Counted from the whole stretch's first letter, positions 38,471-51,077 are shown. The stretch: 63,960 nt of DNA, filler included, from Octopus bimaculoides (GCF_001194135.2; 5 parts of 5 records of this genome joined end to end with filler, not necessarily neighbours in it); one strand, 5' to 3'. Translations and numbers: made by a program. The notes: a model not told the origin generated them from the letters alone.

Positions 38471-38814
38471 GGGGCACATGTGTGTGGAGGGGCGGTGGGG
38501 GTGTATGTGTGTGTGTGCATGTATGTTCATGTGTGTGTGCATGTGTGTGCGCGTGTGTGCATGTGTGTGTTTACATGTGTGTGTGTGTGCGTGCACGCAT
38601 ATGTGTGCGAGTGTGTGTGTGCGTGCGTGTGTGTTCGTGTGTGTGTGTGTGTTTGTGTGTGTTCGTGTGTGTGTGTGTGTGTGCACTCATGTTTGTGTGC
38701 ATGTGTGTGTGCATGCGTGTGTGTGTGCATGTGTGTGTGCGTGTGTGTGCATGTGTGTATGCATATGTGCGTGCATGCGTGCGTGCATGTGTGCGTGTGC
38801 GTGTGTGTGTGTAT

Positions 38815-38849
<35 letters not shown>

Positions 38850-38850
<1 letters not shown>

Positions 38851-39790
38851 CTAGTATAGCCAAAAATACTGCTACAAAGAAAAACTTGAAATACAGGATA
38901 ATTAACGATCGCATTCAAATGAAACTTTGAACATTTATTTGTGAACTGAACAAAAAAATAAATTTGCAAAATTTATTCAAAATGACCCTTCCTCCCTCTG
39001 TTCTTGATACAATGCTTCAAATGCTCAGGCCATTTATCTATCACAATACACATAATATTAATTGGAAAATTGGTTTTTGCAGGAACAAAAGCACACTTAA
39101 AAGAATCCATATTTTTATGTGGCTTACCACAAGCCACCCCCTCCAACTCTAACCATAATTTATAATCGGGAGGACCATTCCACTGCCCTGATGAAGTAAG
39201 GAACATTCTGTGGCGGCCATTCTTGAGTAACCTTAGCTTTGTACACTGGGGCTGAGTGCCATTGAACAAGGATTTGTTAAAGCTCTTGACTTTACCCCTT
39301 ATGACATCAGTGATGTACATATGAGCCGTGGTTTTCACCTCTTTTTCACATAAACGAGGCTCAATCGCCCCCTTCATAAGACACACCCCACCAAACCATG
39401 ACTGAGGCAGGATGATGGCCTCTTTGAATTTTGTGAATGACCTTAAAAGTTTCCTTAGAGCAGTGGGTATGCACCCTATCATTTTGACGGTTGTAGCTTT
39501 CTTCTACTGTGAAAATTTTCTCATCCATGAAAAGGGTGTTTCTATGAACACTGCCTGCATACCAGAGAAGATGCTGTTTGGATCTTGTCACTCTGATCAC
39601 TTCCAATGAAGGAGTTAACATGCATCCTGTACGTTGATGATATGCACACATCTCTAGATCTTACCTGATTAACTTAGCCATCAATCTGGGTGAAATTTCC
39701 ATCTCTCTAGCTATAATTTTTTTCTTCCTCAGAGGATTCCTTCAAATTCTTGCTCCAATCACTTTGACCTTCTTGGGAGTCCTCGCAGAC
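38850..39790 (-). mobile_element. maT/DD37D (Bmmar1-like) transposon, decayed, 3' TIR present
   Basis: LFMDEKIFTVEESYNRQNDRV...QRGHHPASVMVWWGVSYEG...DYKLW.ELEGVAC...IDKWP..LK.CI...GHFE*; TIR-like CTAGTATAGCCAAAAATACTG after TA. Confidence 0.88.
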
Positions 39791-39799
39791 CAAGGACAA

Positions 39800-39908
39800 C
39801 CTTAGCGGTTCGGCAAAAAAGACCGATAGAATAAATACTAGTCGATTTGCTCAACTAAAGGCAGTGCTCCAGCATGGCCACAGACAAATGACTGAAACAA
39901 GTAAAGAG
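39800..39908 (+). mobile_element. SINE family A 3' fragment
   Basis: CTTAGCGGTTCGGCAAAA...GCAGTGCTCCAGCATGGCCAC...TGACTGAAACAAGTAAAG. Confidence 0.85.
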
Positions 39909-39936
39909 TATATATATATATATATTCTATATATAT

Positions 39937-40126
39937 GACATGTAAAAGCACCCACTACACTCTTGGAGTGGTTGGCATTAGGAAGGGCATCCAGCCGTAG
40001 AAACTCTGCCAAATCAGATTGGAGCCTGGTGTAGCCATCTGGTTCACCAGTCCTCAGTCAAATCGTCCAACCCATGCTAGCATAGAAAGCGGACGTTAAA
40101 CGACGAAGATGATGATGATGATGATA
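39937..40126 (+). mobile_element. RTE 3'-tail copy
   Basis: Matches 26548-26875. Confidence 0.85.
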
Positions 40127-40288
40127 TATGTATACATATACATATGTAAACACCCATGTATGTATGCATTCATTTATACAGTTACATACTTATACGTTAC
40201 CACTTCTAAGCACAGATGATGCATATATTTTCTTTATAGTTATGTTCAACTCCTTGTATAGATTCCTATTTTGGTTTTCATATATACA

Positions 40289-40319
<31 letters not shown>

Positions 40320-40934
40320 TGCGTGTGTGTGTGTGTGTGTGTCTGTCTGTCTGTGTGTGTGTGTCTGTGTGTGTCTGTGTGTGTGTGAAAAAGAGACGAT
40401 AGAGTTTCCATCTACCAATCCTGCTCATCTGGCATTAGTCAGCCCAAGCCTAGAGTACATGATACTTATCCAAACTCAAAACCACATTCTTATAAAGCTA
40501 ACTTGTAAACCAGTGTTTCTCAATTATTTGTTGCCTATGGAACCTCTTTGGTTCCTATTTTATTCAAATGGACCTTCATAACCATTCAATGTTTAAATAC
40601 ACACACATATATATATATATTTTATATATATATATANNNNNNNNNNNNNNNNNNNNNNNNNNNNNNNNNNNNNNNNNNNNNNNNNNNNNNNNNNNNNNNN
40701 NNNNNNNNNNNNNNNNNNNNNNNNNNNNNNNNNNNNNNNNNNNNNNNNNNNNNNNNNNNNNNNNNNNNNNNNNNNNNNNNNNNNNNNNNNNNNNNNNNNN
40801 NNNNNNNNNNNNNNNNNNNNNNNNNNNNNNNNNNNNNNNNNNNNNNNNNNNNNNNNNNNNNNNNNNNNNNNNATATAGGATAGAGAAATGTGGCTTGCAT
40901 GCATAAAATAGTCAATATACAACATATTTTTCAT

Positions 40935-41092
40935 ATAAAATTAGTGTACATTCATACACAAAAGAGGTGACCCTAAACAGGACATCTTCAAAATTACTCT
41001 TAACAGTGGTTTGTGCTTTGACTGCTACTTTTAGCATGTAAGGTGTCCTGTTAGGGTCGCCTCTTTTGTGTATAAATGTACACTAATTTTAT
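40935..41092. repeat. Fold-back with ~54-bp arms
   Basis: 40935-40988 vs 41039-41092. Confidence 0.85.
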
Positions 41093-41599
41093 AAGACAAA
41101 TATATACCCATGCTAGCATGGAAAGCGGACGTTAAACGATATATATATATATAAAAGTTTGTTTCCTGTTTTCATTCTCATTGTGTTTAACGTTTTTTTT
41201 GTGATGTCTTGTACCCATGTATGCATGTATGTATACGTTTAGATGTAGGTATGTACATATATGCATGGATATATGCATATATTTATATATTATTTATATT
41301 ATATACATATGTGGAAGTATGTATGAATGCATCTTGTGAATTCTTGTCAAGTGAGATATAAGATAGGTTGGATGAAATCTGAGTAAAAGAGGGTGCCTGC
41401 TGGTGTTTGCTTCCACTGACATCTTTGAGTATCAGTGTTGTAAAGGTGTATATTCCAGGTGTGCTAGTTATGCAGTTGGATACCCATCAAAACTAGCAAA
41501 TTCATCATGAATATCAAACTCATCCAATAATTCTGCTTTTGTATTTGGTTTTCAAGATTCTTTATGTGGATTTGTGTGTTGAAGTATATTTTAATGTAT

Positions 41600-41850
41600 C
41601 TAGGGAGAGCCATTCTCTTTTCATGCCTTATTATTTAACACACACACCAGTTCGATTTCTGCTCATTTGCTTATTTATTTTATTCCTAAACTTTTTGTTG
41701 CATTTTGCAACTTCTTCAGTAGTTGATGACTATTGAAGAGGTTGCAAGGTACAATGAAAATTTTAGAAAAAATAAACAAGTAAAAGAGTGGAAATCAAAC
41801 TGGTGTGTGTGTTAAATTAATAAGGCTCTAAAAGAGAATGACTCTTTCCA
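41600..41850. repeat. Old fold-back palindrome, ~120-bp arms, 5-nt loop near 41725
   Basis: GCAACTTCTTCAGTAGT / ACTATTGAAGAGGTTGC at the centre; TTAACACACACACCAG / CTGGTGTGTGTGTTAA further out. Confidence 0.8.
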
Positions 41851-41884
41851 CATACAATAAACTCATCCAATAACATAATCATGA

Positions 41885-42122
41885 ATTAGGATGACCAGCT
41901 GACACAATCGTTAGCATGCCAGGTGAAATGCTTAGCGGTATTTCGTTTATCGTTACATTCTGAATTCAAATTCCACCAAGGTCAGCTTTGCTTTTCATCC
42001 TTTCGGGATCGATTAAATAAGTACCAGTTACACACTGGAGTCAATGTAATCGACTTTATCCCTTTGTCTGTCTTTGTTTGTCCCCTCTATGTTTAGCTCC
42101 TTGTGGGCAATAAAGAAATAAA
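41885..42122 (+). mobile_element. SINE family B
   Basis: Same head, core and tail as 42284-42513. Confidence 0.88.
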
Positions 42123-42283
42123 TATAGTCATGAATTATAATTTGAAATTTTTTTTTTTTATCTCATGTTATGGAATTGTGTGTTTTTTTATTTTGATTCA
42201 GCACTGCACACCTCACAGTTGGGTTTGTCAAAGCTACTTCTGAGCAAGCAATGTGTTTATAGTAAAGTGACAAGAATACAGAA

Positions 42284-42513
42284 TGCGGCGAGCTGGCCGA
42301 ATCTTTAGCATGCTGGGCAAAATGCTTAGCGGTATTTCGTCTGCCGCTATGTTCTGAGTTCAAATTCCGCCAAGGTCAACTTTGCCTTTCATCCTTTCGG
42401 GGTCGATTAAATAAGTACCAGTTACGCACTGGGGTCGATATAATCGATTTAATCCGTTTGTCTGTCCTTGTTTGTCCCCTCTGTGTGTAGCCCCTTGTGG
42501 GCAATAAAGAAAT
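42284..42513 (+). mobile_element. SINE family B, full length with 12-bp TSD
   Basis: TSD AAGAATACAGAA at 42272-42283 and 42514-42525. Confidence 0.93.
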
Positions 42514-42649
42514 AAGAATACAGAACCGTGGTTTGGGCTTTGACTGCTCCTTTTAGCATGTAAGGCGTCCTGTTAGGGTAACATTTTACCAGTTCTAATT
42601 TTGTTTATTATTTACGATAGAAATTGAATGTTTGTGACTTAACAGTTAT

Positions 42650-42950
42650 GGTATTCAGCTCATGATCATAAGGCAGTGAGTTCGATTCCTGGTGATGCAT
42701 TATGTCCTTGAGCAAGACACTCTATTTCATGAAACTCCAGTCCAGTCAGCTGGCGAAAATGAGTAGTTTCTGTGTTACAAAGGGGCCAGGCTTGTCACAA
42801 TCTATGTCATGCTGAATCTCACTGAGAACTGTGTTAAGAGTACACATGTCTGTGGAGTGCTCAGCCACTTGCATATTAATTTCTTGAGCAGTCTGTTCCA
42901 TTGATCATATCAACTGGAACCTTCGTCGTCGTAAACGATGGAGTGCCAAA
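42650..42950 (+). mobile_element. Chimeric SINE: family C CORE-type head joined to family D tail
   Basis: GTCCTTGAGCAAGACACT.TATTTCA (as at 46720) followed by GCTCAGCCACTTGCA..TTAATTTC...GGAACC.TCG.CGTCGTAAACGA.GGAGTGCC (as at 60550-60640). Confidence 0.75.
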
Positions 42951-43334
42951 AACCAGACTACTATAGAAATTACTATGGAAAGGCAAATAGCATTACTTAT
43001 GATACAAAGCAGGAAACACACCAACTTAGGAAATCACACCATTCAGGAAGACGCTAAATGATTTAATTAAGTGTGAATTTCTAGTTTCCTGAGTGTATAG
43101 TGAAGATGAAACTGTAAGTACCAGGAAGATGTCCTTAAATTTTCTGTAGATGAAGTGATAGTGCTACTAATTCTGGACAATGCTAAGGTGGTCACCAATT
43201 TCTTGGTAATGTTGATAAAATAAAATGCATGTTCTGGTCATCTAATGTTACATACACATTCCTGTCAATGGATCAAGACATAATGGGCATCAGCAAGTAA
43301 TTGTACCAAGAATGTATTTGAATGAAATTCAAAT

Positions 43335-43560
43335 ACATCTAATCCTCCTCCTCATCGTCATCATCATTTTACATCTGTTTTCCAAGCTGGGTCAGGCAGA
43401 CAGTTTGACAAGACGAGGCGAGCTGGAGGACTGTACCAAGCTCCATTGTCTGTTTTGGAATGATTTCTATGACTGGATGCCATCCCTAATACCAACCACA
43501 TTACAGTGTGTACTGGGTATTTTTTGTGTGACACCAACACTGGCAGGATCCCAAAGGAAC
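43335..43560 (-). mobile_element. RTE-tail-like repeat
   Basis: CATCATCATTTTACATC.GTTTTCC...GACTGGATGCC.TCCCTAA..CCAACCAC. Confidence 0.65.
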
Positions 43561-43804
43561 TTGCAAAACAAGGTCCTCTCAGCTATGAGGAGTAGTATTG
43601 AGGGAGATAGTTTTGTGTCAGTTGATGAGAGGTTAAAAAAGTAACAGAGAGGTAGAGACATAAGGTGTTGTGCTGTAGAAGAGATACAAGGATATCCCAG
43701 TTTGAAAAGAAGAAAGAGAAAGAAAGACTTAAACAGAAAGATACAGAAGAAGAGTGGATATGTGTCAGGACATACCATCCATATATAATAGGATGAGGGT
43801 AAAA

Positions 43805-44532
43805 GATCTCCTTTCAGTCATGAATGACCATGGAACTGCACCAAGAAATTTCCCCTCCAGGCGACCCCGGTGGCACCGCCCCACCCAAATACACCAGGTA
43901 AGGTCGCTGTAGTAGCATCTGTTGGTAGAGGCGAGGTTGTTTTATGGAAGACCAGCAGTTGCCCATGCATACCAGCCTCCCCACACTATGCCACTGATGT
44001 TATCCAAGTGAAAGACAAATTCCAATACAGCTTGGCACCAGTGACATCACGACTCATTTCTACAGCTGAGTGAACTGGAGCAACATGAAATAAAGGTGGG
44101 CACTGCTAATTGGAAAGTTAACTTCATTAACCATTAATTGGCTAACCAAAAAGTTAACTTCAATAACCATCAATCAGTTAATCCTTTAAAAATGTAATGG
44201 AAGTTATCGATAAACTATTAATGTTAATTTTTATAATAGAAAAATCAAAAAAATCAGTTTTTGCACTAAAACAACCTAAAAACACCTTTTAAATGTGCCA
44301 AAACTATAAAATCTGTTAACTTCCTAACAGAAGTTAAATATTATGGAAGTTAATTAATCCAATAATGATTTCCAAAGTCAACTTTAAAGTTAAATCATCA
44401 ACACAAATGATAACTTCGTTAATTGACAATTAACGGTTTGGTGCTGAAGTTTGCATTTAGTCCAGTCTGGGAATCAAACTTACTATCTCAGGATTGTGAG
44501 CTTAATGCTCTAACCACTGAGCCATGCACCTT
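43805..44532 (-). mobile_element. SINE family C split by a ~350-bp AT-rich insertion (44097-44445)
   Basis: Tail and body at 43805-44096, tRNA-like head at 44450-44532; both match the reverse complement of 46633-46968. Confidence 0.75.
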
Positions 44533-44797
44533 CACAATGGGGGTGAATCTATACTATAAAAGGCAGATTTTCTGTGTGTGTGTGTATGTTTAAAATTCAT
44601 ACATTTACACAATTCCAAATTTCTTGGATTAAACAATTGCAATTAATATTCTAAATACAATTTGTTAGGTCACTGTGTCATTTTTTCACTCCAAAAATTT
44701 CTTAATAATGAATAAAATCCATAAAACTACAGAAGTAAACATTTTCTCCCTAATAAAATCTAATTTCCTCTTTCTAATACAAATCCTTTCAACTCCT

Positions 44798-44897
44798 NNN
44801 NNNNNNNNNNNNNNNNNNNNNNNNNNNNNNNNNNNNNNNNNTTAATTAATTAANNNNNNNNNNNNNNNNNNNNNNNNNNNNNNNNNNNNNNNNNNNN
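44798..44897. other. Artificial scaffold spacer 44N-TTAATTAATTAA-44N
   Basis: Same 100-bp structure. Confidence 0.95.
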
Positions 44898-44975
<78 letters not shown>

Positions 44976-46081
44976 GGGGTAATGTGCTTGCTAGCTATTG
45001 CTTAACATCGTTCTTCATGTGATCAGAATTGATCAAGTGTCCGTGTTTAGTCACCATATACCACCTAATGATAATATTACTGCAGTATTATTGATATACG
45101 TTAAAGCGTCTAGTATTTCTATACCGCAAATGCTTTCGTTTTCTGGTCCTTCTTAACAAGTACAGCCACATTTACATGATAGTAATGAAATTAGCTGTAA
45201 TATGACCGCAGTTTTTTCAGTGATGCTGTTTTCTTTTCTACATACACGGAAGCTTCTTTCCTGTGGCGATTCAGTCTATGCCCAGAGAAGAAGCCACGTG
45301 ATGCCGTGCTGAAAGTATCTTCGTGGAACAAGAAGTCCAAGTGGATTCCTGTTACTTAAAAGAGCAACTTATATGAATTTCAACTTATGTGACCAATGAG
45401 CTGGAATGGTTCCGTGGTTAAGATGCTCGTTCCACCATCCACTCAGTAACGATCTTCCATATAAAAATGGGGTTATTTAACTAAGTGTCTTCTTTCATCG
45501 CCTTAAGATGAATACTTTTTGAATGGAATTTGATAGACAGAAATTTTGCGCCTACCCATTGTATTACCTTTCAGTTATTTTCTTTTAACTTATTTGCTTT
45601 TTCATTTTTAAAAGTTAATCATGGCTAAGAATATTTGCAAGCCATTTAGTATATGTTTGATTTTCAATGTTTAAACTCTACAGCTGTTTCGAGGGCAAGA
45701 AAGACAATGCTATTCCGATGAAGCCAACTGAAGCAAAACCACACGTCAACCGCTGTTCATAGCTACCCTTTGTTGCCTGGAACGGAAATCAGATTGTCTA
45801 TTTCTCCTAGGATGTTAGTTAATTCATCGTGAATTATTCTTAATTTCTTGAAATTTTCTGCTCTTATTCGGAATCTATAACATTGTTTTTATTTACAATC
45901 TCTAATGATGAAGGATTTTTTTAACATAAAGAATTCATAGTGATATAAAATTCAACGTACACCATTCAGCTCTCTCCCCCTCTCTTTCCCTCTCTCTACC
46001 TCTCTTTCCCTCTCTCTACCTCTCTTTCCCTCTCTCTTGATCTCTCTTCATTCCCCTCATTATCTATCTATCTATCTATCT

Positions 46082-46121
<40 letters not shown>

Positions 46122-46122
<1 letters not shown>

Positions 46123-46300
46123 GCTATCTTCAGCCGCAAATGTATTCTCTCCCAAGAATTATATCAATTCTACGAGGTATAGTACAATGCAAAATACCAA
46201 ACGGAACCTCACCTCTTATATCTCATCTTTCTTCCTCCTTTAACGCCTATGTGATATAATTCTTGGGAGAGAATACATACATTTGCGGCTGAAGATAGCT
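46122..46300. repeat. Fold-back with ~45-bp arms overlapping an HHR 5' half
   Basis: 46122-46166 vs 46252-46300, with one 4-nt insertion. Confidence 0.9.
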
Positions 46301-46366
46301 TTATATTGTCAATTATACACTGATGTAACAACTATAAAACTATAAAGCTTGAAACACGTGTACCGC
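46285..46366 (+). ncRNA. Minimal type I hammerhead ribozyme motif
   Basis: gcgg-CUGAAGA-u-agcuuuaua...uauaaagcu-u-GAAA-cacgug-U-A-ccgc. Confidence 0.78.
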
Positions 46367-46632
46367 AGAATCCTTTGTGTTTTTGTTTTTGTTTTTGCAT
46401 TTACAATTNNNNNNNNNNNNNNNNNNNNNNNNNNNNNNNNNNNNNNNNNNNNNNNNNNNNNNNNNNNNNNTATATAGGTGTTTGTATGTGTATGTATGTG
46501 CATGTTTGCGTGTGTCTGTGTGTACGTGCGTGTGGGTGGGTAGCTGTGCGCGTGCTTCTGTACTTAAGTGTGTGTGTGTGTGTGTATGTATATATATATA
46601 TAATATAATATATCTGTTCCCTGATATATATT

Positions 46633-46968
46633 GGTGAAGGCGCATGGCCCAGTGGTTAGAGCGTCGAGCTTATGATCGTGAGATTGTGAGTTCGAATCCC
46701 GCACCGGGCTGCGTGTTGTGTTCCTGAGCAAGACACTTTATTTCACGTTGCTCCAATTCACTCAGCTGTAGAAATTAGTTGCGACCTCACAAGTGCCAAG
46801 CTGTATCAGCCTTTGACTTTCCCTTGGATAACACTGGTGGAGTGGAGAGGGGAGGCCGGTATGCATGGGCGATGCTGGTCTTCCATAAACAACCTTGCTC
46901 GGACTTGTGCCTGGGAGGGTAACTTTCTAGGTGCAATCCCATGGTTAGTCATGCCGGAAGGGGGTCTC
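46633..46968 (+). mobile_element. SINE family C (tRNA head plus CORE-like domain), full length
   Basis: A-box TGGCCCAGTGG, B-box GAGTTCGAATCC, then GTGTTCCTGAGCAAGACACTTTATTTCAC. Confidence 0.88.
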
Positions 46969-47276
46969 AGCAGATATGTATCAGCAGAAGATATGTAAAT
47001 ATCTGTTAGGAAACTGAACAACCGATTACTTACGATCAAAATCTTTTAGGACATTTTTCTGCATTCAATCATTCTCTTGTCAATTAATTTTGCCGCCAGA
47101 AATATCATGAACCAGTGACTGTTCATAAGAAATCAAAAGCAAACTACACTGAAGTTCACCATTTATGTTATAAAATATAACTTTAAAAATAAGCCTGTTA
47201 CGTATTCGTTGTATACAGCAATCACGATTTTTCAACAGTTAGTTGTTATATATATTTTTCACACACTCTCTCTCTT

Positions 47277-47324
<48 letters not shown>

Positions 47325-47361
47325 AATATACATACATACATACATATATATACGTGTGCGC

Positions 47362-47402
<41 letters not shown>

Positions 47403-48179
47403 CATTTATGTATGTACGTATTTATTGTTGAAATCTTAGCAGCGGTACTAGTTTCATATTTGAATGAACTTATGTCACAGACAAGCTAGAATGTTTGCGT
47501 ATTAAGAAGTACTATCTACAACTTACGGCATTTTGGTGATCAAATGGATGAGGCGTTTAGGTTTTGTCTATACCAAGCAAAGAAAGGCACTTAGTTATAC
47601 GTCCTCTGTGTATTTACACACTGGAATTTCCTTTATTCTATATTACCTTTTTTTGAAGCACATTGTCTTTGCCCACTTGCTTCTAACACATTAGAAAATC
47701 GTCTCACTGAGAGGTAGAGATTCAGTAGCCAACACATAGTCTCGTCATTCTCACGCTTTCTTTCACACTCATGCTCCGTTCAATATTCGTAACTGCATAA
47801 TATTTCCACCCAAGTTGAAATGTTACATTAGGCTCCTACTGTTGTCCGCCATATTGTCTCCAGCCTCCACCGTTCGTTGAACACTATAGCCAAGCTTGCT
47901 TCTACAGAACGTTTTCCTTCTTTAGCCCAAGTATTTATTAATACTAGATTCTCCAACTAAGCAGTAATTGCATTCATTTCAGGAGAGGCTGCGAAAGTCA
48001 TCGGTGTTGCTTCATTTTCTCCTCACACTACGATTCAATATATTAATTTGGACATGCACACATAAATATAGACAGATACATACATACAGATAGACTGGCA
48101 GACAGAGAGATTCGTAGACAGACAGACAGCTGAATAGTCAGTCGGACAGACAGACACATAAACAGAACAGCACTGGAGA

Positions 48180-48370
<191 letters not shown>

Positions 48371-50691
48371 AACATCAACTGCATACAAAAACATTCATTA
48401 TCTATTTAAAACAATTTAACTCATAGTTTAGCCAAAAACATTACTTACATTAACAAGCAAAATTTGACGTCGAGTAAAATGTATGCGATTTTTACATATA
48501 AATCGCCATTATGCTATGTCACTCAAAGTCGATGTTCAAACAACTTTTGTTTTTAAAATGGACTTAAAAGAGAATTTCTTCAAAATATAATTTATCATCA
48601 CGTCATGTCTAAATATTTAATGATAAAATGAATCGTCTTGAAAGTTGGATATTGAAAAAGAAGAAAAAAAAACTGGATTTATTAATAAATGTGTGCGAGC
48701 GTATTTGAATGTGTGCGTGTATGTGTGTGTGTGTACGTGTGTGTGTGTAAGATGTATATTTATTCTATTCAAGGAGTTTTTAACCCTTTGTTCCATTGTA
48801 CAAACGATTTCATATCTATCCAAAGTTAAACTAAAAAATTCTTACAATGTAAACAATATATATACAGACAGACAGATGGATATGTTTACAAATACATATA
48901 TATGATATGTTATATTATCAAATATTATGCATATATGAATGTGTGTCGAAATTTTGGTGACATCAGGTTCATAACGTATGATGAGATTGACCTTCTGCGC
49001 GTCTATTGTGCGTGCTTTCATGTTATTTAGTATGTCATCCTGTGCCAGATCTATACGCGCGCGCGCAAGTGTGTGTGTGTGCATACATACATAGGTATAC
49101 TATTTAAAAATTCTCATGAAGTAATGTCCAAAATAGCTAGCGTTTTAGCACCCCAAATGCATTAAATATACGTGTTTATTTGCGTGCATATAAATATATA
49201 TGTATGCGAATGCTTATATACGTGTGTAGATATTCAAACAGATACTGAAATCTAAATATGTGAGTTAGATATATGGGCATATACATATTCGGAGAGTAAG
49301 AGAAAGAAAACAAATATTTAAAAAAGACAGGAATGTAAGAAAGAGTAAGAATAAGAAACTATCGAATATATTTAACTAAGTGGAAGGAATGACATTCTTA
49401 ACTATATGGTCTTCATGCAGACGTCATCCCTGGAAAAATAGAAGATTCCTCTGTCATTAAACTATTGCACTCGCTAAAACCATCAACTACCGTACATAAC
49501 CGTCCTCACAACATGACATAATGTAAGCTAATTACGTCTTCCCGTCATGCCTCTATTTATCGGACCATATACTACTCATTGCTGGTGCCTCCTTCATCCT
49601 AACACCACCAACACCACTACCACCACTACCACCACTGCGACTACTTATTCGAGTCTGTCTCACTGTTACCGACTCTACATCAGCTGATCGGAATGGCACA
49701 ATCAGTGCTGCCGTCGTCTGATGATTTCATTCTAGTTGACCTTGCCAAAGATCTGTTGCATCGACTTGTTCACGGTTGCTAAGTTAAGTCGGCAAGCAAG
49801 CAACGGCCAACAGGAATAACGATCAGATTTCTGCTTTCGGTTTCTGCTGTAGCTTTGATTTGGTCGTTGATCGTCCTCGTTCGATTTCAATGTTTCATTT
49901 TCTTTTTATCATGCTGGTCATAATATAGTAATGTATTAATTAATTAGCGTCGTTCATAGAAAGATAATTTCATTTGTAATTATTCTTTCTTCAGAACAAT
50001 TTTTTTTTTTCTGTCTGATGTTAACCATTCGCCTTTTATTTTTATTTCTGCAGATTTTTTTACTGTTATAGTAAATGGTTTATCTCTAAGTTGTTCATCA
50101 TTTTTTATTCCGCGTTTTTTTTTTGTTTTTTTTTTTTGTTTTTTTTTTTGTAGATTTTATTTTTCTTACTTACAGAAAATATTCATTTGACTGGAAAAGA
50201 CATTTGTCGCAGTGGCAACACTGTGTTATGATGTACTAGCAAACAAAACTGACTAAAATACACACACTCTCTCTTTTTCTCTCTCTTTCTCTCTCTATTT
50301 TTTCTCTCTTTCCTTCTTTCTCTCTTTCTCTCTGTCTATGTTATTCTCTCCCTCTAGACTCACATGAAAACACACATTTGAACAATCGTACATTTAGACA
50401 CATTCGTTCATACACTCAAGCACATGTATATTTGCACATCTCCACATTTGCACGCCTGTACATATAACAAACACACACACATACACACACATACACGTTC
50501 AAATGTTTAAGTTAGTGGAATGCTGCCATGCTGGGGCGCCACCTTTAAGAGTTTTAGTCGACCATATCGACACAAGAACTTATCGATTTCTATTTGTGGA
50601 ACTGCTATGTTATGATGAGACATATAAAACGGAGTATCGTTCTTCAAGCGCGTCGACGTCAAAGCACAGATGGAGTCAGACACGTAATCCA

Positions 50692-50741
<50 letters not shown>

Positions 50742-51077
50742 NNNNNNNNNNNNNNNNNNNNNNNNNNNNNNNNNNNNNNNNNNNNNNNNNNNNNNNNNNN
50801 NNNNNNNNNNNNNNNNNNNNNNNNNNNNNNNNNNNNNNNNNNNNNNNNNNNNNNNNNNNNNNNNNNNNNNNNNNNNNNNNNNNNNNNNNNNNNNNNNNNN
50901 NNNNNNNNNNNNNNNNNNNNNNNNNNNNNNNNNNNNNNNNNNNNNNNNNNNNNNNNNNNNNNNNNNNNNNNNNNNNNNNNNNNNNNNNNNNNNNNNNNNN
51001 NNNNNNNNNNNNNNNNATATTTATGTATCTATCTCTATATATCTATGTAGCTATCTCTATATAAAAAATGGATTAAA

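Noticed and set aside
46639-46710. tRNA-like sequence (also 60258-60335)
   Set aside because: A/B boxes run straight into SINE bodies and there is no complete cloverleaf, so these are SINE heads
47659-47714. Possible plus-strand exon HCLCPLASNTLENRLTE
   Set aside because: Splice signals are only moderate and there is no linked exon; chance occurrence is likely
48842-49084. ORF DLAQDDILNNMKARTIDAQK as a minus-strand exon
   Set aside because: Poor acceptor context and no partner exon or recognisable motif
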